Shown here in pieces: positions 38,251 through 63,045 of a DNA stretch of 64,000 nt (the stretch's first letter is position 1; each line of letters starts with the position of its first letter). A program made the position numbers and the translations under genes. Below the pieces are notes generated by a model. The model saw only the letters and a list, made by a program, of their open reading frames with translations. It was not told the DNA's origin and ran no database searches. Source of the DNA: Salpingoeca rosetta (taxonomy: Eukaryota; Protista; Choanoflagellata). The DNA lies in NCBI GenBank assembly GCA_033442325.1, contig JAWQFM010000014.1, positions 347,351-411,350 on the forward strand. The letters are read 5' to 3'.

Positions 38251-38853
38251 CGCAACGTCTGTAGCTGCCATTCATCTATTGCTGTTTGTCATGCCATGTA
38301 ACGTAATGCCGTGTCAGTTTACAGGCTATGCTTTCTCCCCCTTGTGTTGCGTGTATTTGTTGCACTCACGCCCTCGTGGTGTTTGTGTGTGGCATGTGGT
38401 GTGATGCCATTGTTCGCTGTCTGCGCAGCCCACCTGTTTGTGTTCCGCTGTGTTGGATGTTTTGTACTTCTTTCGTACATGACCTCAAAACCCAAACACA
38501 CACACGCACATGGATAGCGGTGCTTGATGGAGTGTGTGTGTGTGTGCGAGTGTGTGTGAGTGTGTGTGTGTGTGTGAGGTCAGCTGGTTGGCAGAACGGC
38601 AAAGGAAGGAGGGTGACGTGTGTAGTTGAAAGCAGAGTTGGTGGTGAACTAGTCTAGGCTGATGAAAGGGGTGAGCAGAAGTTGCGGAAAAGCCACGAGC
38701 TAACGGGTGAATGGTGGTGCTTCTGAGAGAGAACGGTGTGGTTGTGTCGAGACGGCCGCAATTGTGAACATGATGCTGGCACAAAGCGACTGCAAGGGAC
38801 GGCAGCCAACTACACTTGTTTCCTCGCCCACTCGCACATGTGATGATGCTAAC

Positions 38854-38956
<103 letters not shown>

Positions 38957-38965
38957 GGCCGTTGC

Positions 38966-41009
<2,044 letters not shown>

Positions 41010-41027
41010 TCAGTAACACCACCCGCG

Positions 41028-43646
<2,619 letters not shown>

Positions 43647-43709
43647 GCCATGCCAAACGCTTTCATCAGAACCCTACTAGCATCGGAGCCATTAAACTCT
43701 GTCAATCAG

Positions 43710-43788
<79 letters not shown>

Positions 43789-44952
43789 GGCAACCACCGA
43801 ATCAGCAACACAAAACAACACGACCAAGCACGCAGCTCATCTGCATTGCAGTCACATTTCGATCGTACTGTGGCAGCAAAACACACAACTTCAGCGGCAT
43901 GGGGCAATGTTTAGTTCCCCTAAACACACGTTTTGGCCTACATGACGCCATGGGAAAATGCGATATTGCGATGTCACAAACCACAATGCGAGGAAGCCGT
44001 CCATCTCTCCACCATTTCTTTGGTGTGGTTCCAGTGAGACACCCCCCCCCCCCCCACACACACACACACAACAACCAGCCGCAAATTATGATTGCATGCT
44101 TGCCCTTTCTGCGTGGTCTTGCTTTGAGTTTCATTAACGCTGCACAAGGCAGAACAAGTGGTGGAGAACGGCGGGTGGGGTGTAACGGCATTGGAGGGCT
44201 GCCTGTCTGTCTGTGTGACGTGCGGTGTGATGTGATGCTCACTAGCTCACAGCCAACACATTCGGACAACAAAGCCCAACAAGATGAACGCAGATGTAGG
44301 AAGAAGAACTAAGAACGCAGCATGTAGACGGCAGCACATGGTGGCAACTGCAGGTGTCTTTCTCTTGGGGTGTGTGGCAGGGCTGTAGGCGGAACGAACA
44401 ATGCCTAAATGCGAAGAAGGTAACAAGGCAATCAGGGCAGTGAGGGCACTGGACCAGGCAACGAACACTCGCGCCACAGGTCTGATTTGCTGGCGATGCC
44501 AAATATGAGAGGCAGAGAACGAACTTCGCAGCGAGCGCACCAGTGAGAGTGCAGCCGCAACCAACGGAAAGCGGGTGTGAGTAGGGGCTATCGGGCAGTT
44601 AAACAAGAGGAAGATCGAACGAGCCAGAACAAAGCAAGGAAAAAAGTGAAGCTAGAAGCGACGAAAGGGGTGAAAACGAGGAGGCCAAGGTTCACAGGGC
44701 CGGCCAGAGAGAATGTGTGGAGAGTTGTAGCTACGACAAGGAGGGGGGGGGGCGACTGTGAACTCTAAAAACCTAAGGCTTCAGCGACAACAAGGAGACG
44801 AAGGCAGCTAGCTGCATGGTCAATCAATCCAGCAGAGACCTTTTTGCAGCGTGCGTTTGACGCGGTGCAAGACAGAGAAGCAGATACAGGCAAAAAAAAA
44901 AAAGAAAAAAAAGAAAGAGAGGTGAAGGGGGAAGGGGATTCGCTGCATGCTG

Positions 44953-45902
44953 CTACGACGAGGACGACGGCGGATGCGGCGGCGACTGTGAATGGTGAGC
45001 CATGTGATGATGCGCGTGACTGGAGTCGAATGCAAGGTCCAGTGGCGCAAACGGGAACGCAGTGGTGGTCCCGCCTCCCAGAGAAACAGCCTCTGTTGCA
45101 CGGCGAAGGGAAGGGGAGGTGACGACCGAGTGGGGGCCAGGGGCACCCATGTGAGGAAATGCACCCGTTGGTGATTGCGGCAGGCTCGTGCTGCGAGGCA
45201 AGCTCTCCTGGGCGCCGACGCTGCTGCTCAACGTGTGGGGGCTGTTTGTGTTGCTGTCCTGCTCATCAGATGACCCTTGTCCTTCGCCTCCGGTGGGTTC
45301 TTCCAGCGCCTCGCCCGAAATCTCGGCCATGCCATAGCGGGCCAGGACCGTGTTGAGCACCTCCGTCCGCTGCACCATTGTGGCGTAAAACGTCTCCCAA
45401 GCTACAACAGGGGCGGCACGGGGAAGGAAGCACGGCGTGCACAGCAACGAGACCACACAAAGACGAGTGAATGTGAGTGTACGAACAAGGTCGGTGATTC
45501 CGAATGAAAATGGAGACCCGGCGTGTGCATTTCAAGGTGGAGCATCCATGTGGTTGAGAGGTATGCGGAAAGAGAAAAAACGCGTTTGAAAGCCACGCAA
45601 AATGCACGCAACTACCCGGGAACAAGAATTGGAGCTTCAGATAACAAGCAAGCTCCTGCAGCACACCTTGGATTTCGCGCTTCTTCTCCTCACGGTAGCC
45701 CTTGGATGACAGCCTGTTGCGTTCCTTGATGAGCTTTTCACGCTCGTCCTTGCTGAGGGTGCGGGGGTCGATGTTGTCGAGCGGCGTGGTGACGGGACGG
45801 CGCCGGTACGGCGAGGGAAATGCCTGCAGGTACAGGCGCTCGTTTGCCGCCACAAAGTCCTGGGTGGCACGCTCAACCTGCTGCATGCGACCCAGCCGCT
45901 CC

Positions 45903-45986
<84 letters not shown>

Positions 45987-46316
45987 CATGAAAAAGCAAA
46001 CACATGCACACGAGCACAGCATACAGAAACATACGTGTGGGGTGTGAGAACTCGTTGATGTGAGCAACACCAGGGCAAATGAGCAACCAGCAGGAAGGAA
46101 GCAGACAAGTAGAACACCAAGCAGGGGCAGGCGACATGTTACGCACAAGAAGAGCGGTGAACGCTTGCTTGCAGGCTTCGTGAAGGATGGTGCTCTTGTT
46201 TTTCAAGTCCTCCAGGCGTTGGCGCTTGCGCTGACGATAGCGTACGCTCTTCAGGCGGTTGCGTGTGCGGCGCTTGGCCACAACTTCATCCTTGCTGAGA
46301 CGACGGCGGCGGCCCT

Positions 46317-46347
<31 letters not shown>

Positions 46348-48351
46348 ACCGGTGTTGCCGGTGGTTGGTTTTGCCTGTGCGATTGAAGTGGCCTGTGCCA
46401 AAGATGACGAGGCTGGGGAGGACAGGGACACGCGACGGGGCTTGGCGCTCGTGCTGACTGCACGCTTTCGTTGCTGTTTCTTCTTCAAGCTACTCCTGCT
46501 GGCGCTGCTGCTACTTGCGCGCAGTTCCTCATCGGAGATGGGGACCGTGACTTGGTGCGCGGGGCTGAGGAGAATAGGAGACGTTCCAGACGGCACATGC
46601 GATGATGCCGCTGGAGAGAGGGGATCGCTGCCGGCCAGAGGCAGTGGCAGGAGGCGGGGCGTGGAAGACGCTGACAAGTGGTTGCTGTGCGTGTCCAGGT
46701 CGCTTGGCTCGGCCTTGATGCTGCTGTGGTGTGGCGTTGGATCTTGCTGCGAGTGGTGGGGAGAGTACGGCTTGGGTTGGGATTGGTGGCTGTGTTGGAG
46801 AAGGTGCTGGTGCTGCTGGTGCTGCTGGTGGCGGCGCTGCCCGTATGCATCGCTGTGAAGGTGGGCGCCGTGCTCAGCAGAGAACAAGTCTGTTGACTGA
46901 ACCGTGCCGGCTGCGGGAGCCGAGTGGCGTTGGCCATGGTAGCTGGTGCTGCTGCTGGCAGGGTGACGGCCACCGGCTGCCATCTGGCTCTGGTGCTGCT
47001 GCTGCGTGTGCTCTGTGGGGAAAATGTCCATGGACAAGCCCATGCTCTGCGCAATTTCCTCCAGCGACAGCGTGGTTTCGCGCGCCCTTGGTGCCATACT
47101 TGGCTGTTGTTGCTCATGATGGTGTGGTAGGTGTTCTGGCGCAGGTCTGGCATGTGCATGTGTGCATGCATGCGTGCGTGTGTAGGTGAGTGTAGATGAG
47201 TGTACATATGTGCATGTACATGTGTGTAGATGAGTGTATGTATGTGCATGTACATGTGTGTAGGTGAGCGTATGTATGTGGATGTATGTGTTCGTGTGAA
47301 TGTGAACGTGTGTAGGAAGGTGTATGTACGTGCATGTAGGTGCATGCATGATGAGAAGGGCACGTTCATGAGATCTGTGGTGATGTGAAAAACAGCCGTG
47401 CAAACGTTTTGTTCGACGTGGCAGGGCCAAATGGAAGCGAAAACAAACACATTGAACAACGATCATGAGCACTTACAGGGGGTCATGCTGTCGATAGTGG
47501 TGTTGGCGTGGGTGGTGTGGGTGGGTGTCGCTGTCGTGGCCTGGTTCACCATAGTGATAGTGCTGGTGCAGGGTCAGGTCGTCAACATTGGCGATGTTGG
47601 CGTGAGTTGCGCTCGCGGGCACCTCCAATGCGTCGTGGGCCAGGTGCTGCTCGCCAAGCCCCAGCAAGAAGTGGGCACTCGTGGTTGTGGAGGTTGGGAA
47701 CGCAAGGCTGCTTGTTGTGACCGGGTGCGAGTGGCTGCTGCTGTTGTTGTTGTCCATGGGAAGGTCGTGTTCGGTGGTAAAATTCAGGGTGTTGGTGTGT
47801 GCTGTTGCTGCGGTCGGCTCCTCAAGGAGCGCGTCGGTGGTTGCGAGAATGTCCCAATCGCAGCACAACGCTGCGGGTTTCAGGCTCTTGTCTCTGCTGC
47901 AGGCGGAGCTGGTGGCTGTTGTTGAAGGCGTGGATGGATACAGAACGTCTTGTTGGTCGATATCGCTGGGCATCCACTGCTGATGATGCTCAAGGTTCAG
48001 GCCAAACCCGTCAACCAGCAGCAGGTCTGTCTCAGCGCTGCTGTTGCTGCTGGCGGTGCTGCTGTTGGTGTTGGTGTCAATGTCAAAGTGGAGAAGGGGG
48101 TCACTGTCAAGGAGAAAAGGGAAGATGGGTTTGGTGGTGGTGGGCTTTGGAGGCGCAGCGAGTGCTGATGAAGGTGTGGCTGCTGGAAGCGGTGCGGCAG
48201 AAGTGGTTGTCGTTGCGTGGTCCTGCGTTTCGTGAGTTCGGGGACGTGCGCAGGCAGCGTCGGGATGGGTAGTAGTAGTAGTAGTAGTAGTGGTAGTGGA
48301 CGATGATGAAGAGGAGGGGGAGGGGGAACGGGAGCGCCACAAGCCAATCAT
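44953..48351 (-). CDS. Putative transcription factor with two bZIP-like basic/zipper motifs (4 exons)
   Basis: Low-complexity N-terminus; motif 1 LSKDEVVAKRRTRNRLKSVRYRQRKRQRLEDLKNKSTIL; motif 2 LSKDEREKLIKERNRLSSKGYREEKKREIQAWETFYATM. Splice phases are consistent; the start codon is uncertain. Confidence 0.7.
45903..45986. repeat. (TTG)n/(AAC)n microsatellite abutting a splice acceptor in the bZIP gene
   Basis: About 28 units, ending in AACAG|GAG on the minus strand. Confidence 0.9.
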
Positions 48352-50645
48352 GGGGGGAAGTGCCGCGAAGAATGCGCGTGTTGGTGACGCAAGCCGTGGA
48401 GAGATGCAGAGCAGGCGAGAGGGTGCTCGCTCGTGCTATGCGTGGAGAATACTTGTGTTGCGAGGAAGGAGAGCGCTCTATGCGTGCGTGCGTGTGTGTG
48501 TATGTGGTCTGGGTTGACTCAAGCACCCAAGCACCCAAGCAGGGGGGGGGGGAGGAAGGCAAACGATGCTCAAGGACGAAGAGGAGGAGAGCGAATGCAG
48601 TGAAAGTATGCCAGTGGCGTGGGTTTTGTGGTTGGCTGGCGAAGGTTTGGCAGTCGGCGTGTTGGAATGAAAAATGAAAGATGGCAGATGGCACAGGCGC
48701 GAAGTGGGAAGTCACGAGTGGCCCTCCAGTGACATGTGCACTAGTGATGACGGGATGGCGTCGTGCTTGTCGAAGGGGTCTTGGGGGTTGGTTGGTTGGG
48801 ATAATGAATGTTTTGACACAAACACTGCAAACTATGAAGGAGACAAGGGGTGGGCAAGCACGTGCCTTTGCATCACCCTCCTTGCATAGACCCTGCTTAC
48901 TTCTTGCTTGGTGGGGAACACCCTTGCCTTGCTGTTGTTCGGCGTGTGTTTGCGACGTGCGTCACTTTTGCCGAGGGTGCTTGCAGAATGTTGTTGCTGG
49001 AATCCACATCAGGTGTCGTTCTGCGTTGTCATTCCTGACCTGCAACCGTCCCGCTAGGTCTGCTTGCAGGCAACCAACTCAGCAAGGATCGCGCGCAAGA
49101 AGTGCCGTTGCTTACGACATTCGCCGCCTCGTATGACTGATTGAAGAGCGTTGATGAATTTCGGTGTCTCGAATATTGCGTTTTGCGCCTCGTACGACTA
49201 TAGTTTGACGCACCTGAAGGATGCTTGGGCACTCTGGTGTGGGAAACACTCTACACGCGTGAAAGCTTTTCGTTCGTTGCCGAGCAGTTTTGCAAGGCTT
49301 TCCCCAAAATTGCTGCAAGCGCTCGACAAGCACGCTAAGTTTCGACGCCACCACGTGAATCTTCGCGCGGCAAACAGAAACAAACCAAGAACGCAAGCAC
49401 GCTCACGACCGGATGGACGGATGGAGCGCTGCAGCTGGTCAGTGATAATCAGGTCAGTGCGAGGGCGGGGGTTTGTCGTTCTCTTCTAGCGTTCTGGTTT
49501 GTTTGGTTTTGGTTTTGGTGGTTTTTGGTTTTGTTTGGTGGTTTCGTTTTGTCACTCACGTGGCGTGTCCAAGGTGATTGATGATGGGTGCTGGCAGCTG
49601 GGACGTGCACCAAGCGCCAAGCTCCAAGCAATTATTCTCTACTTGCCGAGCCATCTTGGCTTCTTGGGCAGGTGCTGAGAACTCACGTGTGTTTGCGTGT
49701 TTGCCATCCTTTCTTGCAAGGGAGGCAGGGTTGCGTTCAGGTAGCAAGGGAGAGAGGGCCAAGGGAAGACAGCGAAGGGGGGCCCAATGCAAGAGGGGTA
49801 TCGTAGTGGTGGTTTGTGTCGTTGTGTCCTTTGTGTCGTTGCCGTGTTGATGATGAGGATGTGATGCATGAATTGGGACTGGGACATGCTGGGGTGTGCT
49901 TGCTGCTCGTGTGCTCGTGTGCTGCTCGTGTGCTCGTGTGCTGCTCGTGTGCTCGTGTGATTTGTACAAAGGCATGCGTTATCTGCGAGGAGGAAGTGCC
50001 TTTGCATGGGTATGATGATGATGATGATGATGCGGGGCATGGAGCGCTTGTAGGTTCGTGGGCATGTGTGGGCACAGCAACACGCCATGTGCGAATGCGT
50101 GTGATGTGCGTGTGGTGGAGGAACAAGGAGAGCGCGCGCGTGTATGTGTGTGTTTGTGGTCGTTATGAGTGAGATGGCTTTCGTTTGATGGCTTTCGTTT
50201 GCTGTTGATGGCTGTTTTTCGTTTGCTTGCTTGCTTGTTTCTGCACACATGACAACACAAAAGAGAACCAGCTGACGAGCGCAAAGGCAACACAGATTTG
50301 GAAAAGACGACCCTACCAAAACGAAAGCACAGCGACAAGGAGACAAGGAGACAAAGAGACAAGGAGACAAGGAGACAAGGAAACGGAACACTCGAGCAGA
50401 GCACAACACACACACACGCACACACGAAACAACGGCATGGGTGGGTTGTTGTTGTTGTGGTGGTGGTGGTGTGTGGCGAGTAGGCAAGAAGGGAGGAAGA
50501 AGGAAACCCGGAGACGTCAAGGCACAGGAGGGCAGAGCAGGGACGCCGCATCCAGCTTGCAAGCAAGCAAGCAAGATACACGAATCAAACATACTACAGG
50601 CAAAACAGCACCACGTGCACGCAGGGTGTACGCAGCTCAAGAGGC

Positions 50646-56798
<6,153 letters not shown>

Positions 56799-57168
56799 GA
56801 TGGGTGGCAACTGTTGCTTATGATTGGGCGTGCAAAGGCATGCACCCGTGAAAGCCTGCCGACGAAACAAGCAGCCAACCCGCCGCACAACAACAAGGCA
56901 ACAAGCAAGCACAACAAGGTGCAACGCGGCCTAGTCTTCGTCTTCGTCTTGGTATTGGTTGTTGTTGTTGTTGGCGAATTATTGCACGGTCAAGACGAGG
57001 AGGAGGAAGCAACAAGTCTGAGGGAGTACGCATACACACAGACACACACAGACACACACAGACACAGACACAGACACACACACAGACACAGACACACACA
57101 CAGACACACGCGCGCGCGCACACTCGGCACACGTACAGGCACACAGGCAGGCACACAGGCAGAGCAGC

Positions 57169-57477
57169 ATGGCGACAGTTGCACGAGGGCTGGGCAGGGC
57201 CGTGGCAGTCTGCGGTGCTGCAGCTATTAACAGCAGTGCACGCAACGGAGGAGGGCTTGCACACAAGGCCACAGCTGCGGCCACGACCACGGCAGTGACG
57301 CGCAGGGGTGTGCATGTAGACAGGCGCTTGCATGCACCTTCCCTGGTGCCCATTGTCATTGAACAAACCCATCGGGGCGAGCGAGCCTACGACATCTTCT
57401 CCAGGCTGCTTCGCGAGCGCATTGTGTGCCTCATGGGACCGGTGCGTCATTGTCTTGGAGTGTGTGTGGAGTGTGTG

Positions 57478-57515
<38 letters not shown>

Positions 57516-57544
57516 CTTTTCTTTTTTTTTTTTTTGTGTGTTTT

Positions 57545-57582
<38 letters not shown>

Positions 57583-58550
57583 TGTGTGTCTGTGTGTGTG
57601 TGTGTGCGTGTGTGTGTGTGTGTCTGTGTGTGTGCATGCGTGCATGTGTCTGTGTGCGTCTTGAAATGTGTGAATGTGTTGGCACCATGTCTCTGTGTCT
57701 GTGTGCGTGTGTAGATGTATGTTAGTGTGCGCGCACACACACGCGAGGTTGCTCGCCTCATTGACTCGCCCTGCCGATACGCGCATGCGCTGAGATGTTC
57801 AGGTGAACGACGAGCTGTCCAGCCTCATCACGGCGCAGCTCCTTTATCTGGAAAGTGAGAACCCAGAGGAGACCATCCACATGTACATCAACAGCCCCGG
57901 CGGGTCCGTCACCGCAGGTCTTGGTATCTACGATACCATGCAGGTGCTACTACTGCCGCCGCCGCTGCTGCTTTTGCTGTTTGTGGCGTAGTGAATGGGG
58001 GTGTTGTTGGTGGAGGTAGTGATGGTGGTAGTGCTGGTGGCGCTTCGTTTGTGGCCTGTGCTCCTGCGTGTGCACGCTTGCGTGTGTGTACACGAACGAG
58101 CGCAACACGCGCAAGCACCTTACCCCCTGCGTGGTTTCGTTGGTGGCAACAGTACGTGAAGCCGAAGATTGCCACCCTCTGCGTCGGGCAGGCATGCAGC
58201 ATGGGCTCACTTCTACTCACCGCTGGCGCGAAAGGTGTGGTTGGCAGTGTGGATGTACATGCCGTGTGCTCATGGCCGAGCTTGTATTGGGTGTTTGGTG
58301 TCGTGGCTCTGCGGCTTTGCCTGTTCACTCCGTTCACGTCGCGCATGCTGCGCAATGTAATGACAGGCCATCGGTATGCCCTTCCACACTCCCGTATCAT
58401 GGTTCACCAGCCAAGCGGCGGCGCATACGTACGTCTCCTCCAGCCACTGCTGCTGCTGCTGCTGCTTCTATTGTTGTTGTTGTTGCTGCTGCTGCGTTAG
58501 AGCGCACTGTTCTCTTCACACAGCGCATACATTTGCACACACACACACAC

Positions 58551-58589
<39 letters not shown>

Positions 58590-59141
58590 ACACGTTCCTA
58601 TGGCGTGTCACGCTGGCAGGGCCAAGCAACTGATATCCAGATCCAAGCGGAGGAGATTCTGAAGCTGAAGAACACAATCTGCGACATTTACGTGCAGCAC
58701 ACGGGCCAACCACACTCCGTCATCTGTACGTGTACACGTGCACGCATGTGCGTGTGTGTGCGAGAGAGAGAGTGTGTGTATGTACACATGTGTGTGTATG
58801 TATGTGTGTGCGTGCGCGTGTGTGGTGGGAGTTCAACGCTTGTAGCGCGTGCCGCGCCTCTGCCGCCCTGTTTTGCGCTCTCAAACGTTGCACGTCCCAC
58901 CACTGACGACCACGGTTCGCAAACAACCACCACGACCACGGCCATGACCACCACGACCACGACCACCACGGCCACGACCACGACCACGGCGACGGGTGCA
59001 GACGACTCGCTGGAGCGCGACAAGTTTCTGTCGGCGGGAGAGGCGAGCGAGTTTGGACTGATTGACGAAGTTGTGGCCACGCGCAAGGCTGCTGTTGATC
59101 CCCCGAGGCGCAAGCACGCAAAGGCGAAGAGAGACACGTGA
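57169..59141 (+). CDS. CLPP: Mitochondrial ATP-dependent Clp protease proteolytic subunit
   Basis: Presequence; [55 protein letters not shown] (Ser), MVHQPSGG (His), LERDKF (Asp), FGLIDEV. Confidence 0.96.
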
Positions 59142-59320
59142 ACCACTGGTGCTGGTGGTGGGTGGCGATGATGGTGATTACGATGCTGCACTGTGGTGGC
59201 GGTGGTTGTAGGTACATGCGTCACGCTGTCATGGGTTGTTCGTTGGCTGCTGGCTGGTTTGTGCAACCTTATCAACTCGACAACGGGGGTGTGCACTTTG
59301 TTGTTCTCTCTCTCTCTCTC

Positions 59321-59397
<77 letters not shown>

Positions 59398-59590
59398 CGC
59401 TTCTCACAAGCGGGGCACACGAGGTGAGACGGTCGTGTGTTCCGCCCATTCACAGGTGTGACAGCTGCTTATTGTAGCGTGGGGCAGTGCGTGTAAGCAA
59501 CCCAGTGTTCAATTAAACTCCCATCCATCCACGGTCCAAAGAAGAAGAAGACGCAAATCACCCACATTATGTGCTCTCTCTCTCTCTCTG

Positions 59591-59662
<72 letters not shown>

Positions 59663-59886
59663 TCTCCTTTCCTCTCTCTCTCACACACACTCTCACGCTT
59701 GTGTGCGCGAGACAAGAAGCGAGTGCTGGCAGCCCAAACGCTTCACAGATGCGTTGGAGTGAGCAGTCACTTCAGCAGGCACAATCTCACATGTGTCACA
59801 CCTGCGTCCAAATGCACTTCCGTTGTGTGTGCGTGTGTGTCTGCGTGTGCGTGTGCGTGTGCGTGCGTGCGTGCGTGCGTGTGTGC

Positions 59887-59991
<105 letters not shown>

Positions 59992-60008
59992 TGTGGGTTG
60001 ATACACAG

Positions 60009-61229
<1,221 letters not shown>

Positions 61230-61758
61230 TGGCATACTCAACCCGGCGATCAAAGGAAGATCGCGCACACATGCACAACATCCTCACAACACACATGCAC
61301 ACACAGCACCCTCACAACAGACCCACACTCGTTTTTTCTTGTGCTTGGTCTGTCGTGTCGCTGTGCGCTCTGCTTCATGCACGCCTCCATCGTAATCAAC
61401 CCCATTTCAAACCTCCTTTCGTTACCTCTGCATGTGTGCCACAAATACATTAACATCCTCTCTCCTAACACATATGTAGACATGTGTAATGGTTGTGTGT
61501 AATGGTTGTGTGTGTGTGTGTGTCCACGAGGAAACATTGTTCAACTTCATGTTTTCAACGCTGAATTCACGTCAACGAAGCGACACAACCACATCACATA
61601 ACAACACCACACATGCACCATCAACAAGCAGCATGCCGCCCTGTAATCACACACACACACACACACACACACGTGCACACCCATGCACACACACGTGAAC
61701 ATACACGTACACAAACATGAACACACACACACACACACACCATGGTCCAAGCGTCACT

Positions 61759-63045
61759 CTAGTGCGTGGCTTCGATGTGTGCTTCAATGTTTGTGGGCTC
61801 GCGGTAACGTGCAGGGCGCTTGTTCACGTCTTCAAACAGCTGCTTTCCCTGCCACTGCAGTTCATACGTGGTGACGCCAACGAAACGTCCTTCAAACTTG
61901 GCCAGATCCGCGTGTGTCGGCGTGCGTGGTGCAATGAAGTGGGGCCCGAGACGCTCCTCCTGCAAGCTGCGATGGTGCTGATGGTAGTTGTGGCGGCTGC
62001 TTTGGCCGTCGCCGTCGTTGTTGCTGCTGGTGTTGGTGCCGGCATAGTGGCCGGCGTAGTTGAAGGTGACGACGAGGATGTCAAACTTGGGCAGCTTCGC
62101 ATGCACCAGCAGCGATGGCCGGGCGCCCGCCTCGCTGTGCAGTGCGCTGGCCCGCAGCTTGTTGAGGAACGCTTGGAAGTCGTAGTTGTAGGGGACCTTG
62201 CACATGACGACAGGCGAGACGGCAGACGCGTACACGACCCAGTCTGCCAAATCGACCGTGGACAAGCGCAGCCGCTTTGGGCCCGCCTTGTCGTAGTCGA
62301 TGCCCTCCCATGGTGGGTCGGCAACCACCGCGGCAAACCAACGCGGAAGCTCCCTCGTTGTCCTGCGCCTCACAACCCAATTGCGGGCCTCGCTGCCGCT
62401 GTTCTTGCCGTTGTTGTCAGCAGCAGTGGTGGCGCCTTTGGGCTTGCCGCCGTTGTCAACGGGGACGCGGACAACGTCCAGGGCATCGCCATGCACCACG
62501 TTGACGCCCCGCGCACCCAACACGCGCAGGTTGTGCTCAAGCAGTGGGATTCGCTCCTCTTCGAGCTCAAGTGCATATGTGTTCTTGAAGCGCCGCTGCA
62601 GGCTGAACGTGTTGCCGCCCAGGCAGGCCGTGGCGTCCAGCACAGGGCTCGCCTTGTCCTGGACAAAGCAGGACAACAGCTCTGTCATTGCGTCTGCGCT
62701 GGGCGCATCGGTCGTTGAGTAGTAGGCCTCCGTGTCCAAGGCAAGTTGCTTGCGCTTGTCCTCTGCAACGCCTGGAAAGAAGTAAGCGAGCTTGCCATGG
62801 CCGTACGTGACGTTCCCAAGCCGTGTTGTCCGCGCCGTGTCCGTTTGGTCCGCCAAGGACGGGGTTTGAGGAGCAGTTGTGGTGGTGGTGGTGGCGTCAG
62901 TGGTAGCGTCAGTGGTGGCGGTGCGATCTTCCTTTGCGTGCACCACCATTGGGAATGGCGTGACACCACCCGTGCCAAAATACAGCGCCGTTGCTGCACC
63001 ACTGCTTACAGCAGCAGCTGCTGCCACAAGCACTGCCCGCCTCAT
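61759..63045 (-). CDS. Intronless SAM-dependent methyltransferase, RNA cap guanine-N2 methyltransferase (Tgs) family-like
   Basis: LDTEAYYSTT, motif I VLDATACLGGNT, HNLRVLG..VVHGDAL, motif IV VADPPWEGIDY, KVPYNYDF. The likely start is MRRAVLVAAAAA.. at 63045. Confidence 0.75.
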   Translation of the reverse strand: MRRAVLVAAAAAVSSGAATALYFGTGGVTPFPMVVHAKEDRTATTDATTDATTTTTTAPQTPSLADQTDTARTTRLGNVTYGHGKLAYFFPGVAEDKRKQLALDTEAYYSTTDAPSADAMTELLSCFVQDKASPVLDATACLGGNTFSLQRRFKNTYALELEEERIPLLEHNLRVLGARGVNVVHGDALDVVRVPVDNGGKPKGATTAADNNGKNSGSEARNWVVRRRTTRELPRWFAAVVADPPWEGIDYDKAGPKRLRLSTVDLADWVVYASAVSPVVMCKVPYNYDFQAFLNKLRASALHSEAGARPSLLVHAKLPKFDILVVTFNYAGHYAGTNTSSNNDGDGQSSRHNYHQHHRSLQEERLGPHFIAPRTPTHADLAKFEGRFVGVTTYELQWQGKQLFEDVNKRPARYREPTNIEAHIEATH

